From IMG/VR virus record IMGVR_UViG_3300029258_002996: DNA of 64,000 bases; one strand, written 5' to 3'. Below, piece after piece: positions 26,989 to 37,268 of this stretch; the first letter of the stretch is position 1; the number at the start of each line of letters is the position of its first letter. A program made the position numbers and the translations under genes. This DNA is from a virus. The notes under the pieces are model-generated. The model was not told the DNA's origin and did no database searches. It saw only the letters and a program-made list of their open reading frames with translations.

Positions 26989-27582
26989 TTACTCAGAGGA
27001 CAGGGCCGTGTCGTAGTACTTCACCTGCTTCTTGTACTTCTTGACCTTGTTCTGAGCGTATTTGAGCTTCTTCTCCCAGTTGGTGAGATTCTTCCGGGCT
27101 CGGTCGGCGCGGACCTGCTGAACGGGAGTCTTAGGCTTGGGCTCGCGGGTGGCGTAACTCGGAGCCTTCATCCACTGAGCGACGAGGGGGCCTTTCTGAG
27201 CATCGAAGAGTTCCACAACCTGCTTGGCCATGTGATCAGCGTCCCCCTCCCTGTAGCGCCCCTTAAGAACCTCCCGAGATTGAGTCAAATGAGCGATCTC
27301 GTGAGCGGTGACATCGACGAGGGACTTGATCCTCCCCATCGCGCCCACGGTCGCCCCGCCCCAACTCCACGGAAAAACACTATCAGAGATCGAGACTCGG
27401 AACTTCCGAAACCAAGGCTCCGCCACTCCGTTTACTCGGGTATGAGAGTCTTGACGAACTTTCCGAAAAGCCGCCTCTTCGATGTGCTTGACCTTCCAGC
27501 CGATTGGCTTCTGCCGACAGATCCAGCCGATCATCCGTCGCAGGAACCAGTCAGGGAAGTCTGTTGAGTTCTTGAGTTTCAC
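26989..27582 (-). CDS. HExxH metallopeptidase-like protein
   Basis: TAHEIAH..Q......E; C-terminal basic coiled coil. Confidence 0.7.
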   Translation of the reverse strand: MKLKNSTDFPDWFLRRMIGWICRQKPIGWKVKHIEEAAFRKVRQDSHTRVNGVAEPWFRKFRVSISDSVFPWSWGGATVGAMGRIKSLVDVTAHEIAHLTQSREVLKGRYREGDADHMAKQVVELFDAQKGPLVAQWMKAPSYATREPKPKTPVQQVRADRARKNLTNWEKKLKYAQNKVKKYKKQVKYYDTALSSE

Positions 27583-27591
27583 CGCAACCCC

Positions 27592-27846
27592 CTACAGTTT
27601 GAGTTCGGCGGTGGACTTGGCGGATTCGCGGGTGGCGAACATCTTCGGCTCGCTCCAGTGGCCATTTTCTCTTCGGATCCGCATCTCCCAGCTCAGCTTG
27701 TGCTCCATCCAAGGAAGCTCGACGAAGTTTCTTCCTTGAACTTTTTTCAGACGTTTGATACGCGCCTCCACGTTGATCTTGCGAACTCGCGCTTGCCGAT
27801 ATCCCCGTTGCAGTCGGTAAGCGCCCATTTTTCGTTTCCATCTCAT
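27592..27846 (-). CDS. Hypothetical protein
   Basis: GGAGG RBS. Confidence 0.55.
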   Translation of the reverse strand: MRWKRKMGAYRLQRGYRQARVRKINVEARIKRLKKVQGRNFVELPWMEHKLSWEMRIRRENGHWSEPKMFATRESAKSTAELKL

Positions 27847-27865
27847 TTCGTTTGCCCTCCTTGGT

Positions 27866-30253
27866 TTAATGTCTGTCCAGATCTTGTTCGATCAAATCCA
27901 TCTTCGATATCGGTTCCTTCTCCCACTTCTCGGCGAACGCCTCAAACCAGGAGACGATATCCACATCTTCGGGCAGCTCCTGACCGGCAGTGACTGCGTC
28001 GACAATCGCGCGCTTGGACTCGATGAGATCGATGATGTCGTTGTCGAAGGTGCCGTCCGCATACAGCCAGTAGGAGTTGATGTTGCTGGCCTCGGTACCG
28101 ATCCGGTGGACGCGGGCCTCGGCCTGATCCATGTCGGCAGGGTTCCAACCGAACTCGACGAACGCGACGTTCGAGGCGACCTGGAGGTTGAGTCCGACAT
28201 TCCCCGACTTGAGAGAGGTCACGATAACTCGGCAAGAATCGTCGGTCCAGAACTTCTCAATCTCCTCAGCGCGTCTCTCGTCACCGTCACCGCCCGAGAT
28301 CCTGGCAGGGTTGTAGTCCTTCAGTTCCCTACTCAGATGTTCCTGAACGTCCCTGTGATGCGCGAAGAGGACCAGCTTACCATCGGAATCCAGGAAGTTC
28401 TTGACCCACTCTACGCAGCCTCTGAGCTTGTGCTTGACGACGATCTGCTTCAGTCCCTCGATCTCGGCCAATGCCTCCACTGAGTACGCCTTTTGATCAA
28501 AGCTCCTGTTTCCTTCGCGTTCCGCCTTCTTATCCTTCAACCACTCGATGACGTTGGCGACGGCATCCCTGTATTTCTCGGGACGGTCAATCTCGATGGG
28601 CACGCGAGTCCGCTGAATAGGCGGCAGTTCCTTGGCCACATCTTTCTTCTCGCGGCGCACGAAGCAGCTCGCCCGCAGCTTGCGACCGAGTTCCTCCAGG
28701 TTCGAAGCGCCACTCATATCCCACCCGTACTTGGTCCTGGTGGCGTCGCAGTAACGCTTCATGAAGTTCCAAGCCCCGCCGAACTCGTCCAGACGGTCCA
28801 GGAACGCAAGCTGATTGACCATCTCGACCGGGCGGTTGAGAACTGGGGTGCCGGTCAGGCAGAGCCTTACCTTGGCGGAGGGGAGCGCTGAGAGCGCCAT
28901 CGCCGCCATCGAACGAGCCGCCTTCTTGTTCTTGATGTAGTGGCTCTCGTCGAGGATAATGGCTTTCCACTCGATCTTCGCAAGAGCAGCCTCGTGGCTC
29001 GCCAGGATGTCGTAGTTGATGAACACGAAGTCCGCGTCGTAGGACTGCTCCTGCTTGCCCGAGATGATCTTCACGGACTTGCCAGGAACCCACCTACGAG
29101 CTTCGGCGGCGAACTGAAGCTTGACCGGAGAGGGGATGATGAAGAGAGCGGGGTAAGCGTTCTCGGCTTGGACAGTACCGATGGCCTGGATCGACTTGCC
29201 AAGTCCCATTTCATCACCGATAAAAGTGCGCTTGGCTTTCATCGCGTAGGCAACCCCACCGCGCTGGAAGGGGCGCAGCTTCAGAGTATCGTCCCCGAGC
29301 CCGTCGACCTCCAGCTCCGCGTCGAGCGCCATGCTGCCCTCGACCTTTTTCTTCGCATCGCCTTCGAGATCGAGGAGTTGTTCCTTGACGCCAGGAGCGA
29401 AGTTCCAGCCGAACTCGTCAGCCATGTCGATGATCTTGCGCGCGGACTCGATGTTGATCGGGAAGGTATTGACCTTCTTCTCCGGATCCCATTTACGCCC
29501 CTGGACGTTTCGCATCGAGCTGATGGCGGAGGCATTGTAAGGGGTCCTGGCAACAATGCGCTTGCCTTCGATGGAGAGGTGGTGCGCCTTCGACTCTTCG
29601 ATCTTGCGTTCTTCCTGAAGTCGATGCTCGGCCTTGATCAATCCTTCGAGCTTCGTGAGATCCTCATCGGAGATGATGAAGTCAAACTCGTCGAGGATCG
29701 CCTTGAGACCGATCAAACCAGGACCACTAACCGTCCAGCAAGAGCCCGTCCACTTGCGCCCTTTCCAAGGAAGAGACTTGATCGCGGCGATAAGATTGGC
29801 GTTGCGAGGTGAGTATAACTCGAAGCAGACACCAGTGGGATTCCAGACGGCGATCATTTGCTTCTTGAACTTGTAGATCGCAGCTCGAACCCCCTGTTCC
29901 TTCAGGACCTTCAAGCATTCTTCCCGCTCCGCCTTGGCCTTCATCCTCTTGGAGACTTCGCCACGCTTCGGCCCCTTCTCCCACTTGATCTGCGGACGGG
30001 GCAGCTCGGCATAGTCGATGCCATGATCGGTGAGCTGACCCCGGTACTTTCGGAGCATCTCCCAAACGACATAACAGGTCTCGTCATCCCACTTGTGCGG
30101 GGGGACGATGGCGATGTAGTTGCCGAAGCTCTGATCGCTCTTGTTAAAACCATGACCATCTTTGAGCGCAGCCCCGTCGCAGACAGCAGAGAGGGAAGCC
30201 GCCGCATGTTGAAGTTCGGTGGCAACCTCCGTCATTGTCATCTTGCCCTCCAT
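27866..30253 (-). CDS. SNF2-family helicase with HARP-like domains (SMARCAL1-like annealing helicase)
   Basis: DEMGLGKS, ILDESH, LTGTP, GLNLQ, QAEARVHRIG; TPYN...GRKWDPEKK HARP-like repeats. Confidence 0.92.
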   Translation of the reverse strand: MEGKMTMTEVATELQHAAASLSAVCDGAALKDGHGFNKSDQSFGNYIAIVPPHKWDDETCYVVWEMLRKYRGQLTDHGIDYAELPRPQIKWEKGPKRGEVSKRMKAKAEREECLKVLKEQGVRAAIYKFKKQMIAVWNPTGVCFELYSPRNANLIAAIKSLPWKGRKWTGSCWTVSGPGLIGLKAILDEFDFIISDEDLTKLEGLIKAEHRLQEERKIEESKAHHLSIEGKRIVARTPYNASAISSMRNVQGRKWDPEKKVNTFPINIESARKIIDMADEFGWNFAPGVKEQLLDLEGDAKKKVEGSMALDAELEVDGLGDDTLKLRPFQRGGVAYAMKAKRTFIGDEMGLGKSIQAIGTVQAENAYPALFIIPSPVKLQFAAEARRWVPGKSVKIISGKQEQSYDADFVFINYDILASHEAALAKIEWKAIILDESHYIKNKKAARSMAAMALSALPSAKVRLCLTGTPVLNRPVEMVNQLAFLDRLDEFGGAWNFMKRYCDATRTKYGWDMSGASNLEELGRKLRASCFVRREKKDVAKELPPIQRTRVPIEIDRPEKYRDAVANVIEWLKDKKAEREGNRSFDQKAYSVEALAEIEGLKQIVVKHKLRGCVEWVKNFLDSDGKLVLFAHHRDVQEHLSRELKDYNPARISGGDGDERRAEEIEKFWTDDSCRVIVTSLKSGNVGLNLQVASNVAFVEFGWNPADMDQAEARVHRIGTEASNINSYWLYADGTFDNDIIDLIESKRAIVDAVTAGQELPEDVDIVSWFEAFAEKWEKEPISKMDLIEQDLDRH

Positions 30254-30259
30254 AAGACA

Positions 30260-30299
30260 ATCATACCAGAACCAGCGCTCTTGTCAATATAGCAGAGAG
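30260..30299 (-). promoter_or_regulatory. Tandem promoter elements before the helicase
   Basis: CTCTCTGCTATATT motif overlapping TTGACA-N16-TATGAT. Confidence 0.55.
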
Positions 30300-30323
30300 T
30301 AAAAACTGAGAAAAATAACCGTT

Positions 30324-31175
30324 TTAATTCTCGGAATTTGGGGAGAGGCCCTTGTGGAGGCGGAGATTCTTTCCGTCCTGAACGCCTTCGTCGAGGTGGC
30401 GCGGATTAACCATGTTCGACCCACGGTCTTTGCGCCCTTTGCGTTCTCGGGTCTCGATGCCCTGCTGCTCCAACCAGGAGGCCGCAATGCCTTCATACTG
30501 AATCGCAAGAGCAGTGATGCGTGAACCCTCAGCCGAAGCAGCCTCGCGCTCCTTCAGTTCCTTGAGGTAACGGCCAAACCCGATGACGAGTCCTTCTCTG
30601 TACTCTCTTTTGGCAGCGGCTCGGTAGGTCTCGAACGAGGAGTACTCGTTGATCTTGACGCCCTGCGTTTCCATCAAGCGCCGGAACAGTCCCGCGTGTC
30701 GTCGACTGTTTTCCCACTCACCCCGAGTGACCTTGTGTTTCCGACTCAAGGTTCTGATCTGGTTTAACAGGGACTGGAATGCGTGCGCAGCGACTTCGGC
30801 GTTGAGCTTCACCCCGTAGAACACTAAGGAGGCTCCCTGCCAAGATCCGCCTTCCGAGTAGAACACCTTCGCGTTCATGTAGTCGGCAACAGTGACCGCC
30901 AACATGAGCGCCCACTTGGCGGTTCTCTTGGCTTTGAACTCGACAACGTAGGAGTCCGCAGGCATCCCAGCCGCAGCGGGCCTTCCGTGCTCGGCGGTCT
31001 CGATGTCCTCCATCTCCAGCCCGTACTGGATCATGAGCTTGCGCGCCATCTCCAGCGCGGCCTGCGCCTCGTGGTCGACCTCGTCGGGGTTGTTGGAGTT
31101 TTCGACCTTGCTCTCTGCTCGATTGAACAGGAGCTGGATCCGCTCGATAACTTTCTGGCGTTTCTCGTCGGTCAA
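30324..31175 (-). CDS. DUF2786-domain protein
   Basis: KVIERIQLLFNRA...HEAQAALEMARKLMIQYGL. Confidence 0.85.
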   Translation of the reverse strand: MTDEKRQKVIERIQLLFNRAESKVENSNNPDEVDHEAQAALEMARKLMIQYGLEMEDIETAEHGRPAAAGMPADSYVVEFKAKRTAKWALMLAVTVADYMNAKVFYSEGGSWQGASLVFYGVKLNAEVAAHAFQSLLNQIRTLSRKHKVTRGEWENSRRHAGLFRRLMETQGVKINEYSSFETYRAAAKREYREGLVIGFGRYLKELKEREAASAEGSRITALAIQYEGIAASWLEQQGIETRERKGRKDRGSNMVNPRHLDEGVQDGKNLRLHKGLSPNSEN

Positions 31176-31198
31176 GGTTTGCCCTCCTTGCTCTCTGT

Positions 31199-31228
31199 TA
31201 TATAGCAGAGAGTTTAGAAGGGTGTCAA
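31199..31228 (-). promoter_or_regulatory. sigma70-like promoter (phage motif)
   Basis: TTGACA-N18 (ending CTCTCTGC)-TATATA; the -10 sits inside the palindrome CTCTCTGtTATATAgCAGAGAG. Confidence 0.7.
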
Positions 31229-31239
31229 GAAGATAGCAG

Positions 31240-31434
31240 TTAATTTTCCTTGATTCGAATCTTCTTTATTCGATTTCCGGGACATTGAATAATGGCGCGT
31301 TTATAGGGAGGAAAGTCATCTTCAATCTTCAATATATCGCAATGAGGATACTTCTGCTTGATGTACCAAATGTAGGGATCTCGGGTACAAGCTGCGATGA
31401 CAAACAGCGAGAGAATGATAATGAAGAGCTTCAT
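31240..31434 (-). CDS. Small lipoprotein
   Basis: Lipobox-like IAAC after a hydrophobic leader. Confidence 0.55.
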   Translation of the reverse strand: MKLFIIILSLFVIAACTRDPYIWYIKQKYPHCDILKIEDDFPPYKRAIIQCPGNRIKKIRIKEN

Positions 31435-33056
31435 CAGCGAGCAGCTACTTCAATCTCATCCCACCGAACTTTGATCAAAGTAAGATCATCTTCGAGGCGC
31501 ACGAGATAGCGGTTTCCCCACCGATCAAGGAGACTTTCAGCATACCCTATCGTTCCTTTCGGAATTGTTTTGGTACCGCCCCATCCGAAAGGAACTTTCA
31601 GCTCGCGCTTCGTTTTCACTTTCTCGTTCTGGTTAAAGCTCTGCGTAGGAAAAGCTTCGTGCTCAACGTTCTCCCCCAATTCCTCAATGCGCTCCTCGGC
31701 GGTCTCTGCTTCCTCGAAAGCTTTTTTCGAAGCCGCAACCTGACCTCCCTGCACGGATTGAAGGGCCTGCTGAATCGCCATCGTGGACTCGGCATCGAGG
31801 GTCTGGTTCGCCCAATACGCATCGACGAGCTGCGAGGCGGTCATCTCGTCGTAGCCAGCAGCCATTAAAGCATCGATGACGGAGAGCTTCGTGTCCTCCT
31901 CGCCCCAATCGAACGACCAGCTCTGTTGCTGTCCGAGCTTCTTGGCGACGAAACCGAACTGAACGGCCTCCAGAGCCTCCTGGATGTCCATCGTGGTCTG
32001 CGCATCCAGAGTATCGCCTGCCCAGTACGCAGCGACGGCGTTCCCCGCCATGCCCTCGTCGTAACCCTTCTGCATGAGGTAGTAGGTCACGTCATCCTTG
32101 GTTGTGCTTTCCTCGTCAGAAGGGGTGTAAGACCAGAACTGAGCCCGGAGGCGACGGCGGACGAGCTTCGGATCCAAGTTTGCGTGGCGCTCAACAGTGA
32201 AAGAGACGATGGGCTCCAACGGTGTGGAGAGATCGACACCCTCCATCAGGCTCGCCAGATCCGCAGCCATGTTCGGAGCCGCGTCCATCCCGGTCGGCTC
32301 GACCACGTTCTGCTGGAGGCACGTCAGAGTCAGCTCGTGCATCTGGGTTTCGAGCCTCTCGCGCTTCATCCAGCTATCATCTGAGTTCATTTGGGCTTCG
32401 TCGATGGCATCTTCGAGATCGAGCAGCTCACGAATCTTGGCAATCGCTTGAGGTTCGAGCGGATCCCCGACGAATCGAGCAAGGTAGTCCTCGATGTCGC
32501 ACCAACCCCAAAACGCTTTCTTCTTTTTGGCTGAGATCACGATGACCGCAGCGGCTTCGGAGGAGGTGGCTTTCATCCGCTCCAGATTGAGCATGTCGAG
32601 GTCGTACATGATCTTGTCTTTTTGGCGGTACAGATCGTTGATCGGTTGGTTCTCAGTCTCCTGCATCCCCAACTCGAAGTAGGTCTGGAGCATCGCAGCG
32701 GCTTCCTCTTCGAACTGAGTGCCTTTGAACGACATGAACCAGTCCTCCCACTGCATCGAATCGAAATAACCTTTTTTCCGCATCGCCTGTACCTCCGCAG
32801 CAGCTCCTTGACCTAAAGTGCCTTTTTCGGACTCGTAAAGATCCACGGCTGCGTTACTCACGTAGTTCAAAAGAGCGTCGGAGCCGTCAAGCTCTTCATT
32901 CTCCCCTTGTAAATTATCAAGATCAACGGGAACATCCGTCTCCCATCCTAAGCTTCCGTGCTCGGACACATTGACGTGATAAGAATCCGGGACATCGGAC
33001 GGTGAAACCGTCACGTCGTAACCCCGGATAAGCGTGGTGTAAGTGTCCTGTCCCAT
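31434..33056 (-). CDS. Acidic multi-module protein with two internal tandem domain duplications
   Basis: Likely start MGQDT at 33056; linkers KKKKAF, RRLRAQ, KKLGQ, KKAF. Confidence 0.75.
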   Translation of the reverse strand: MGQDTYTTLIRGYDVTVSPSDVPDSYHVNVSEHGSLGWETDVPVDLDNLQGENEELDGSDALLNYVSNAAVDLYESEKGTLGQGAAAEVQAMRKKGYFDSMQWEDWFMSFKGTQFEEEAAAMLQTYFELGMQETENQPINDLYRQKDKIMYDLDMLNLERMKATSSEAAAVIVISAKKKKAFWGWCDIEDYLARFVGDPLEPQAIAKIRELLDLEDAIDEAQMNSDDSWMKRERLETQMHELTLTCLQQNVVEPTGMDAAPNMAADLASLMEGVDLSTPLEPIVSFTVERHANLDPKLVRRRLRAQFWSYTPSDEESTTKDDVTYYLMQKGYDEGMAGNAVAAYWAGDTLDAQTTMDIQEALEAVQFGFVAKKLGQQQSWSFDWGEEDTKLSVIDALMAAGYDEMTASQLVDAYWANQTLDAESTMAIQQALQSVQGGQVAASKKAFEEAETAEERIEELGENVEHEAFPTQSFNQNEKVKTKRELKVPFGWGGTKTIPKGTIGYAESLLDRWGNRYLVRLEDDLTLIKVRWDEIEVAAR

Positions 33057-33058
33057 CT

Positions 33059-35929
33059 CTACCAGTTCTGCGCTATCGCGAGAAGAACGTCCTCGATGAG
33101 CGCCTTTGACCCCTTTGCGATGAAGTGAGGAAGCTCTTTCAACAGCTCGTCCGCGCTCCACTCCCGGAAATGGTACTCCTCGCCGTTGCTGAGCTTGATG
33201 TCGATTGAAGGGAGACTCGGATCGTAATTCACTTCACCGCCAGCAGCACGCTCGGATTCCGCACGCTCGATGTACTGCTGGACCATTTCGTCTTCCGATA
33301 CCTGAGCCCCCCGTCGATCAAAAGGGCGCTTATCCCCCTTCTTCGAGGCGCTCTTTTCTTCATAAATAAACTGCTCCCAAACACCTTGATTGCCTCGAAG
33401 AGACTCCAAAGCATCTTCGAAGATTTCCTGCTGCTCCTCCTCATCTTCAGGGCGTGGCACCTCATCGTAAGGATGCGAGTTCGCTATGGCGGACTTGAGG
33501 TGTACGTAAGTCACCGGTTCCGTATCCGCAGCACCTTCCATAATGTAGTCGTACAGTTGTTCCCGAAGCTCGTCGTCCTCGTAGACAAAATCCTCGAAAA
33601 CAGGGACAGTATCGATCAGATGCAGTTCGGCAGACGGAGTTAACTCTGCGACGTGAACGCCGAGATTTGCATCGAACAGGTAACCGCTGTAGACCTTCTT
33701 GATGCCTTTAGGAAGAGAAGTCCAGTATTCCGTATCGTCCATCAGGTAGATACGAAGATCCATCATCTTCTGCTCTTCTTGAGCCTTCTTCTTCGAGGCG
33801 CTTTCCACTTCCCATCCTTCTTCCGCTTCCCCTACCGCGCCTCCGCTAACCAAAGTCTCCCTACCAAAGGATTCGAAAATACTTTCGTTCCCGCAAGCAT
33901 TTCTTTGAGCCTCTTCAAGTGAGTCATATTCCGCCGCTTGACCTCGATCATTAGTATAAGAACTTAAAGAACCGGGACGAGACACATACATGCCGTCTTC
34001 ATTTCTTTTAAGCACGTACTTACCTACTTTCTTCGAGGCGATCCTCTCCGTCCCCGGGCGCATCCGTCCTCGGTTGCTGCCGTAAGGATTGATGATGAAC
34101 CCATCGTTTGTCAGGTGGACCATCCAGTGATGCGACGAGCAAGTGGAGAGCCTCTTCAGGATGTAGTTTTTCTCGACGTGCGCGTAGGAACGCGGGAACG
34201 TGTCGAGACCTTCCTCCTCGGCCTGGACCATGTCCCCGAGAACCAGATCATAACCGGGCGGAGTGAACTTCTGAAGCTCGGGTTCACGCTTCGAAGTGGG
34301 GTCGAAGGGATCGAACTGCTGAGCTTTTTTATCCATTTTATCACCTGCTTTTCTAACGCCAGTTACGTACTCAGCGATGATTCTCGCCGCGAGCTTACGA
34401 CCCGTTGCCGTCTGCATTCCGGACTGACCCACGTAGGTCACGAGATCCTGAGTCAACTGATGCCAGTCGATTTCCTGGTCCGGGTAGATTTGCATCGAAA
34501 GAGGTCGCACGGCATCATAGACCATCGAGACCTGCTCCTCGAAGGTCGGAGGAGCAAGAGAAGCTTCGATGTAACTCAACATCTCAGGTTGCTGGACTAC
34601 CTGGTTGTACATATCCGCAGTGGGAGTGGCGGCTCCGTACTGAGGTTGGGTTTGTTCTGTCGGTGCATAGATGTCCGTCTGCTGCACCATCGTGGGATCC
34701 GTAGCTACGTCAGGACGACCGCCCTGCTCGGGAGAGAGGACGCGAGTTTCTTGAGCTTCCCTCTTAGCCCACATCTTCTTGAAGGTCCTCGGAAGCGGCT
34801 CGATATCATCTACCGTCACCCGGTATTCCATTCCCTTGGCATTGACAATCATCGTGTTCGCGTCCGGGTCCAACTCGACAATCTTTCCTCGGATGGAACC
34901 ATCGAGACCGTTGAACTTCACCGAGTCTCCCGCTTCAATGGGAGTTTTGGTGTTCGGGTACATGAGGTGTGTCGGCGTAACCTCGGGACTCTCCTCGTCC
35001 GAAGGGGGCTCCGAAATGTCGGTGTTGATCTGAGCAGACCTCTGAACTCCCTTTCCCTTCTCAACCACCTCGACAATCGATTCCTCGAACCCGGAGGTCT
35101 CCATGCCCGTCGCGGGATCGATCCCCGAAAAACCGGGCTTGCCGCCCCACAGCTCGGGGTGACGTTCGGTGACGATGGCGGTCGTGAACTCGCCCGGGCT
35201 CACCTCGTACTGAACGAGATCCCCGATCTCGTAAGGAACACCACCAGGCTCCTGCCCCATCATGGGAAAGAGTTGCTCCTCTTTTCTCCGGTAGGTCCTC
35301 CGGTTGTAGTTTTCGTCCATCGGAACGCGCCGAGGTTGATAACCCATTTCGTTTCGTCGCTCTACCGCGATGTCGAGTTCCTCCCCTTGGTTCGGGGCTT
35401 GGTATTGCCTCCGAAGGGGATCCAGAAAGTACGAGCTATTGCGACGGATGATCTCGTCGATAGCCCCTTGTCCGAGAACGTACAGTCGATCCTCGAACAT
35501 CATCGTCGAGGGGGGAACCACTGCTCCGGATACTACGGGCACAAAAATCGTCGCATTCCTAACAGCACCTGAAGTCGTCGCAAAGCGGAGATTGAAGAGC
35601 AGCTCACCAGAGACGAGCTGGGATTCGTCGTGCCTGGCGTACTTGAGCTTGCGGGCTTGGCGGAACTCGACCCTCGGCACCAACGGCCAGTCGAGGACGT
35701 TCACCACTTCCTGCGTGGCAATCGCAGCTTCCTGAATGTAGGCGTTCAGATCCCGCACTCCAGACTTCATACCGACCTGCTTGACCTTGGAAAAGATGTC
35801 ATCGAGATCGACTTTCTCCGAAGTCTTCGTCATCTTCTGCCGCATTGCGGCCATGCGCCTGTCGTAATCGTCGAACAGAGGATGTTCGGCAACGTGCTTT
35901 TTTTTCTTCAGTTCCTCAAAAGTCGGCAT
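33059..35929 (-). CDS. 956-aa acidic multi-module protein (putative polyprotein)
   Basis: Linkers QRSAQ, KREAQ, KKAQ, KKKAQ, RRGAQ. Confidence 0.8.
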   Translation of the reverse strand: MPTFEELKKKKHVAEHPLFDDYDRRMAAMRQKMTKTSEKVDLDDIFSKVKQVGMKSGVRDLNAYIQEAAIATQEVVNVLDWPLVPRVEFRQARKLKYARHDESQLVSGELLFNLRFATTSGAVRNATIFVPVVSGAVVPPSTMMFEDRLYVLGQGAIDEIIRRNSSYFLDPLRRQYQAPNQGEELDIAVERRNEMGYQPRRVPMDENYNRRTYRRKEEQLFPMMGQEPGGVPYEIGDLVQYEVSPGEFTTAIVTERHPELWGGKPGFSGIDPATGMETSGFEESIVEVVEKGKGVQRSAQINTDISEPPSDEESPEVTPTHLMYPNTKTPIEAGDSVKFNGLDGSIRGKIVELDPDANTMIVNAKGMEYRVTVDDIEPLPRTFKKMWAKREAQETRVLSPEQGGRPDVATDPTMVQQTDIYAPTEQTQPQYGAATPTADMYNQVVQQPEMLSYIEASLAPPTFEEQVSMVYDAVRPLSMQIYPDQEIDWHQLTQDLVTYVGQSGMQTATGRKLAARIIAEYVTGVRKAGDKMDKKAQQFDPFDPTSKREPELQKFTPPGYDLVLGDMVQAEEEGLDTFPRSYAHVEKNYILKRLSTCSSHHWMVHLTNDGFIINPYGSNRGRMRPGTERIASKKVGKYVLKRNEDGMYVSRPGSLSSYTNDRGQAAEYDSLEEAQRNACGNESIFESFGRETLVSGGAVGEAEEGWEVESASKKKAQEEQKMMDLRIYLMDDTEYWTSLPKGIKKVYSGYLFDANLGVHVAELTPSAELHLIDTVPVFEDFVYEDDELREQLYDYIMEGAADTEPVTYVHLKSAIANSHPYDEVPRPEDEEEQQEIFEDALESLRGNQGVWEQFIYEEKSASKKGDKRPFDRRGAQVSEDEMVQQYIERAESERAAGGEVNYDPSLPSIDIKLSNGEEYHFREWSADELLKELPHFIAKGSKALIEDVLLAIAQNW

Positions 35930-35932
35930 CGA

Positions 35933-36283
35933 TTACCTCGGACTTTGTCTAGGTATGGGTTGAGTCATCGGAGAAGGAGCCGGATTTCTAATCTTACGTC
36001 TCCGATCTTTGTCGTTCTGTCTTTGTTGGTCCCGAGTCGTTTGTACCGGCTCCGAGCCAAACGGATTGTCCACTCCGATAATCAAGCTGGATTTTACTCT
36101 TATGTTTGCATAACCGCCCGATTTCTTGGGATTCCAAAACGGAATCTCGTCATTCCCGGATCGAATATCGGCCCACAGCTCGTCGATTGTCTTATGCTCG
36201 CACAACACCGAAAACGTAGCTCCGGAACAAAACAAACGATACGGGTACAGAACCTCGGGAATTTGAACCAAGCTCGACATCAA
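35933..36283 (-). CDS. Hypothetical protein
   Basis: Operonic ORF. Confidence 0.6.
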   Translation of the reverse strand: MMSSLVQIPEVLYPYRLFCSGATFSVLCEHKTIDELWADIRSGNDEIPFWNPKKSGGYANIRVKSSLIIGVDNPFGSEPVQTTRDQQRQNDKDRRRKIRNPAPSPMTQPIPRQSPR

Positions 36284-36852
36284 AGCTCATCCTCGATCAA
36301 TGCGCGAACGATGTTGTCGGACCTTCGTTCATGCTCTAAATTTCGGTCGTCGATTTCGGAAAAAGCGAAAATGGCGATTTTGTCTCCGGGGCTCACTTCA
36401 TTCAGATCGCAAAATCCGCCATTGACTTCGATCACTCCATCGCAATTTCGGCAGCCCCACCTCTCCTTCGAGTTGACCTGAGTATTTCTCTGGACTTTGG
36501 AAACAACGCTATCTTTCAGGAACAACAGGTCTAGGGGGAACTTCACGGATCCTTGATGGAACACGACATCGTGATATCCCGGATAGGGGAAGTACAGACC
36601 GCAATCCTCCGGCAGACAATCGTAGTTTTGCAAGCCGACTCTCTTCTTTTCGAGGGTATCGGCGACATCGCAATGAACTTTGATCGATTTGTCCAGCCAC
36701 ATCGCGGTGACGTGGGTTACCGGAACAGGTTTGAGATCATCCGTCAGTCGCACAACTCCGGCTTCGAACATGTGGACATGCGGCGGCCCGTCCCAGTTGA
36801 TCAGGAGGCCGTAGTCCTCTTCGAACTGCCGTGCGTGCAACTTGACCAGCAT
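36280..36852 (-). CDS. DUF192-family protein
   Basis: VADTLEKKRVGL...GLYF...VKFPLDLLF...VIEVNGG. Confidence 0.85.
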   Translation of the reverse strand: MLVKLHARQFEEDYGLLINWDGPPHVHMFEAGVVRLTDDLKPVPVTHVTAMWLDKSIKVHCDVADTLEKKRVGLQNYDCLPEDCGLYFPYPGYHDVVFHQGSVKFPLDLLFLKDSVVSKVQRNTQVNSKERWGCRNCDGVIEVNGGFCDLNEVSPGDKIAIFAFSEIDDRNLEHERRSDNIVRALIEDEL

Positions 36853-37256
36853 TACTTCTTCCGAGTCTTCCTCGTTTTCTTGGACTTCTTCTCTTTTGGA
36901 GGCTCGGGTTCCTCTTTCGGCGCAGGCTCCGTCTCCGGCTCGGGTTCCGGAGAGGCTGCTTTCTTCTCGGCCTTCTTCGGCTTCTCCTCGGAATCCTTCT
37001 TCTCAAAGAGCTTAGGCACCCTCGAATGGAGCATATGCAGCAGCTCAGGCTGCTCCTTCAGGTCCGCCACGCTCATTCCCGTAAGCTCAACCAGATCCAC
37101 CGAGGACTGCTTCGTCACCACCACCGGAATCGCAGAGGAACGTAGCAATCTGCGTTTCTTGTGCCGAGACATTTCGTCGGGAAGGTCCACTTTCGGATAG
37201 AGCGTGAAGCTCACCGAACCTTGACCCGGGTTGAAAACTACGAATTTTTCAGTCAT
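36852..37256 (-). CDS. Hypothetical protein
   Basis: AAGGAG RBS; operonic. Confidence 0.65.
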   Translation of the reverse strand: MTEKFVVFNPGQGSVSFTLYPKVDLPDEMSRHKKRRLLRSSAIPVVVTKQSSVDLVELTGMSVADLKEQPELLHMLHSRVPKLFEKKDSEEKPKKAEKKAASPEPEPETEPAPKEEPEPPKEKKSKKTRKTRKK

Positions 37257-37268
37257 GAATCTCTCCTT

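Noticed and set aside
26989-27582. HExxH protein as the polyprotein-processing protease
   Set aside because: It lies among accessory genes and nothing links it to head maturation; a prohead protease elsewhere is more likely.
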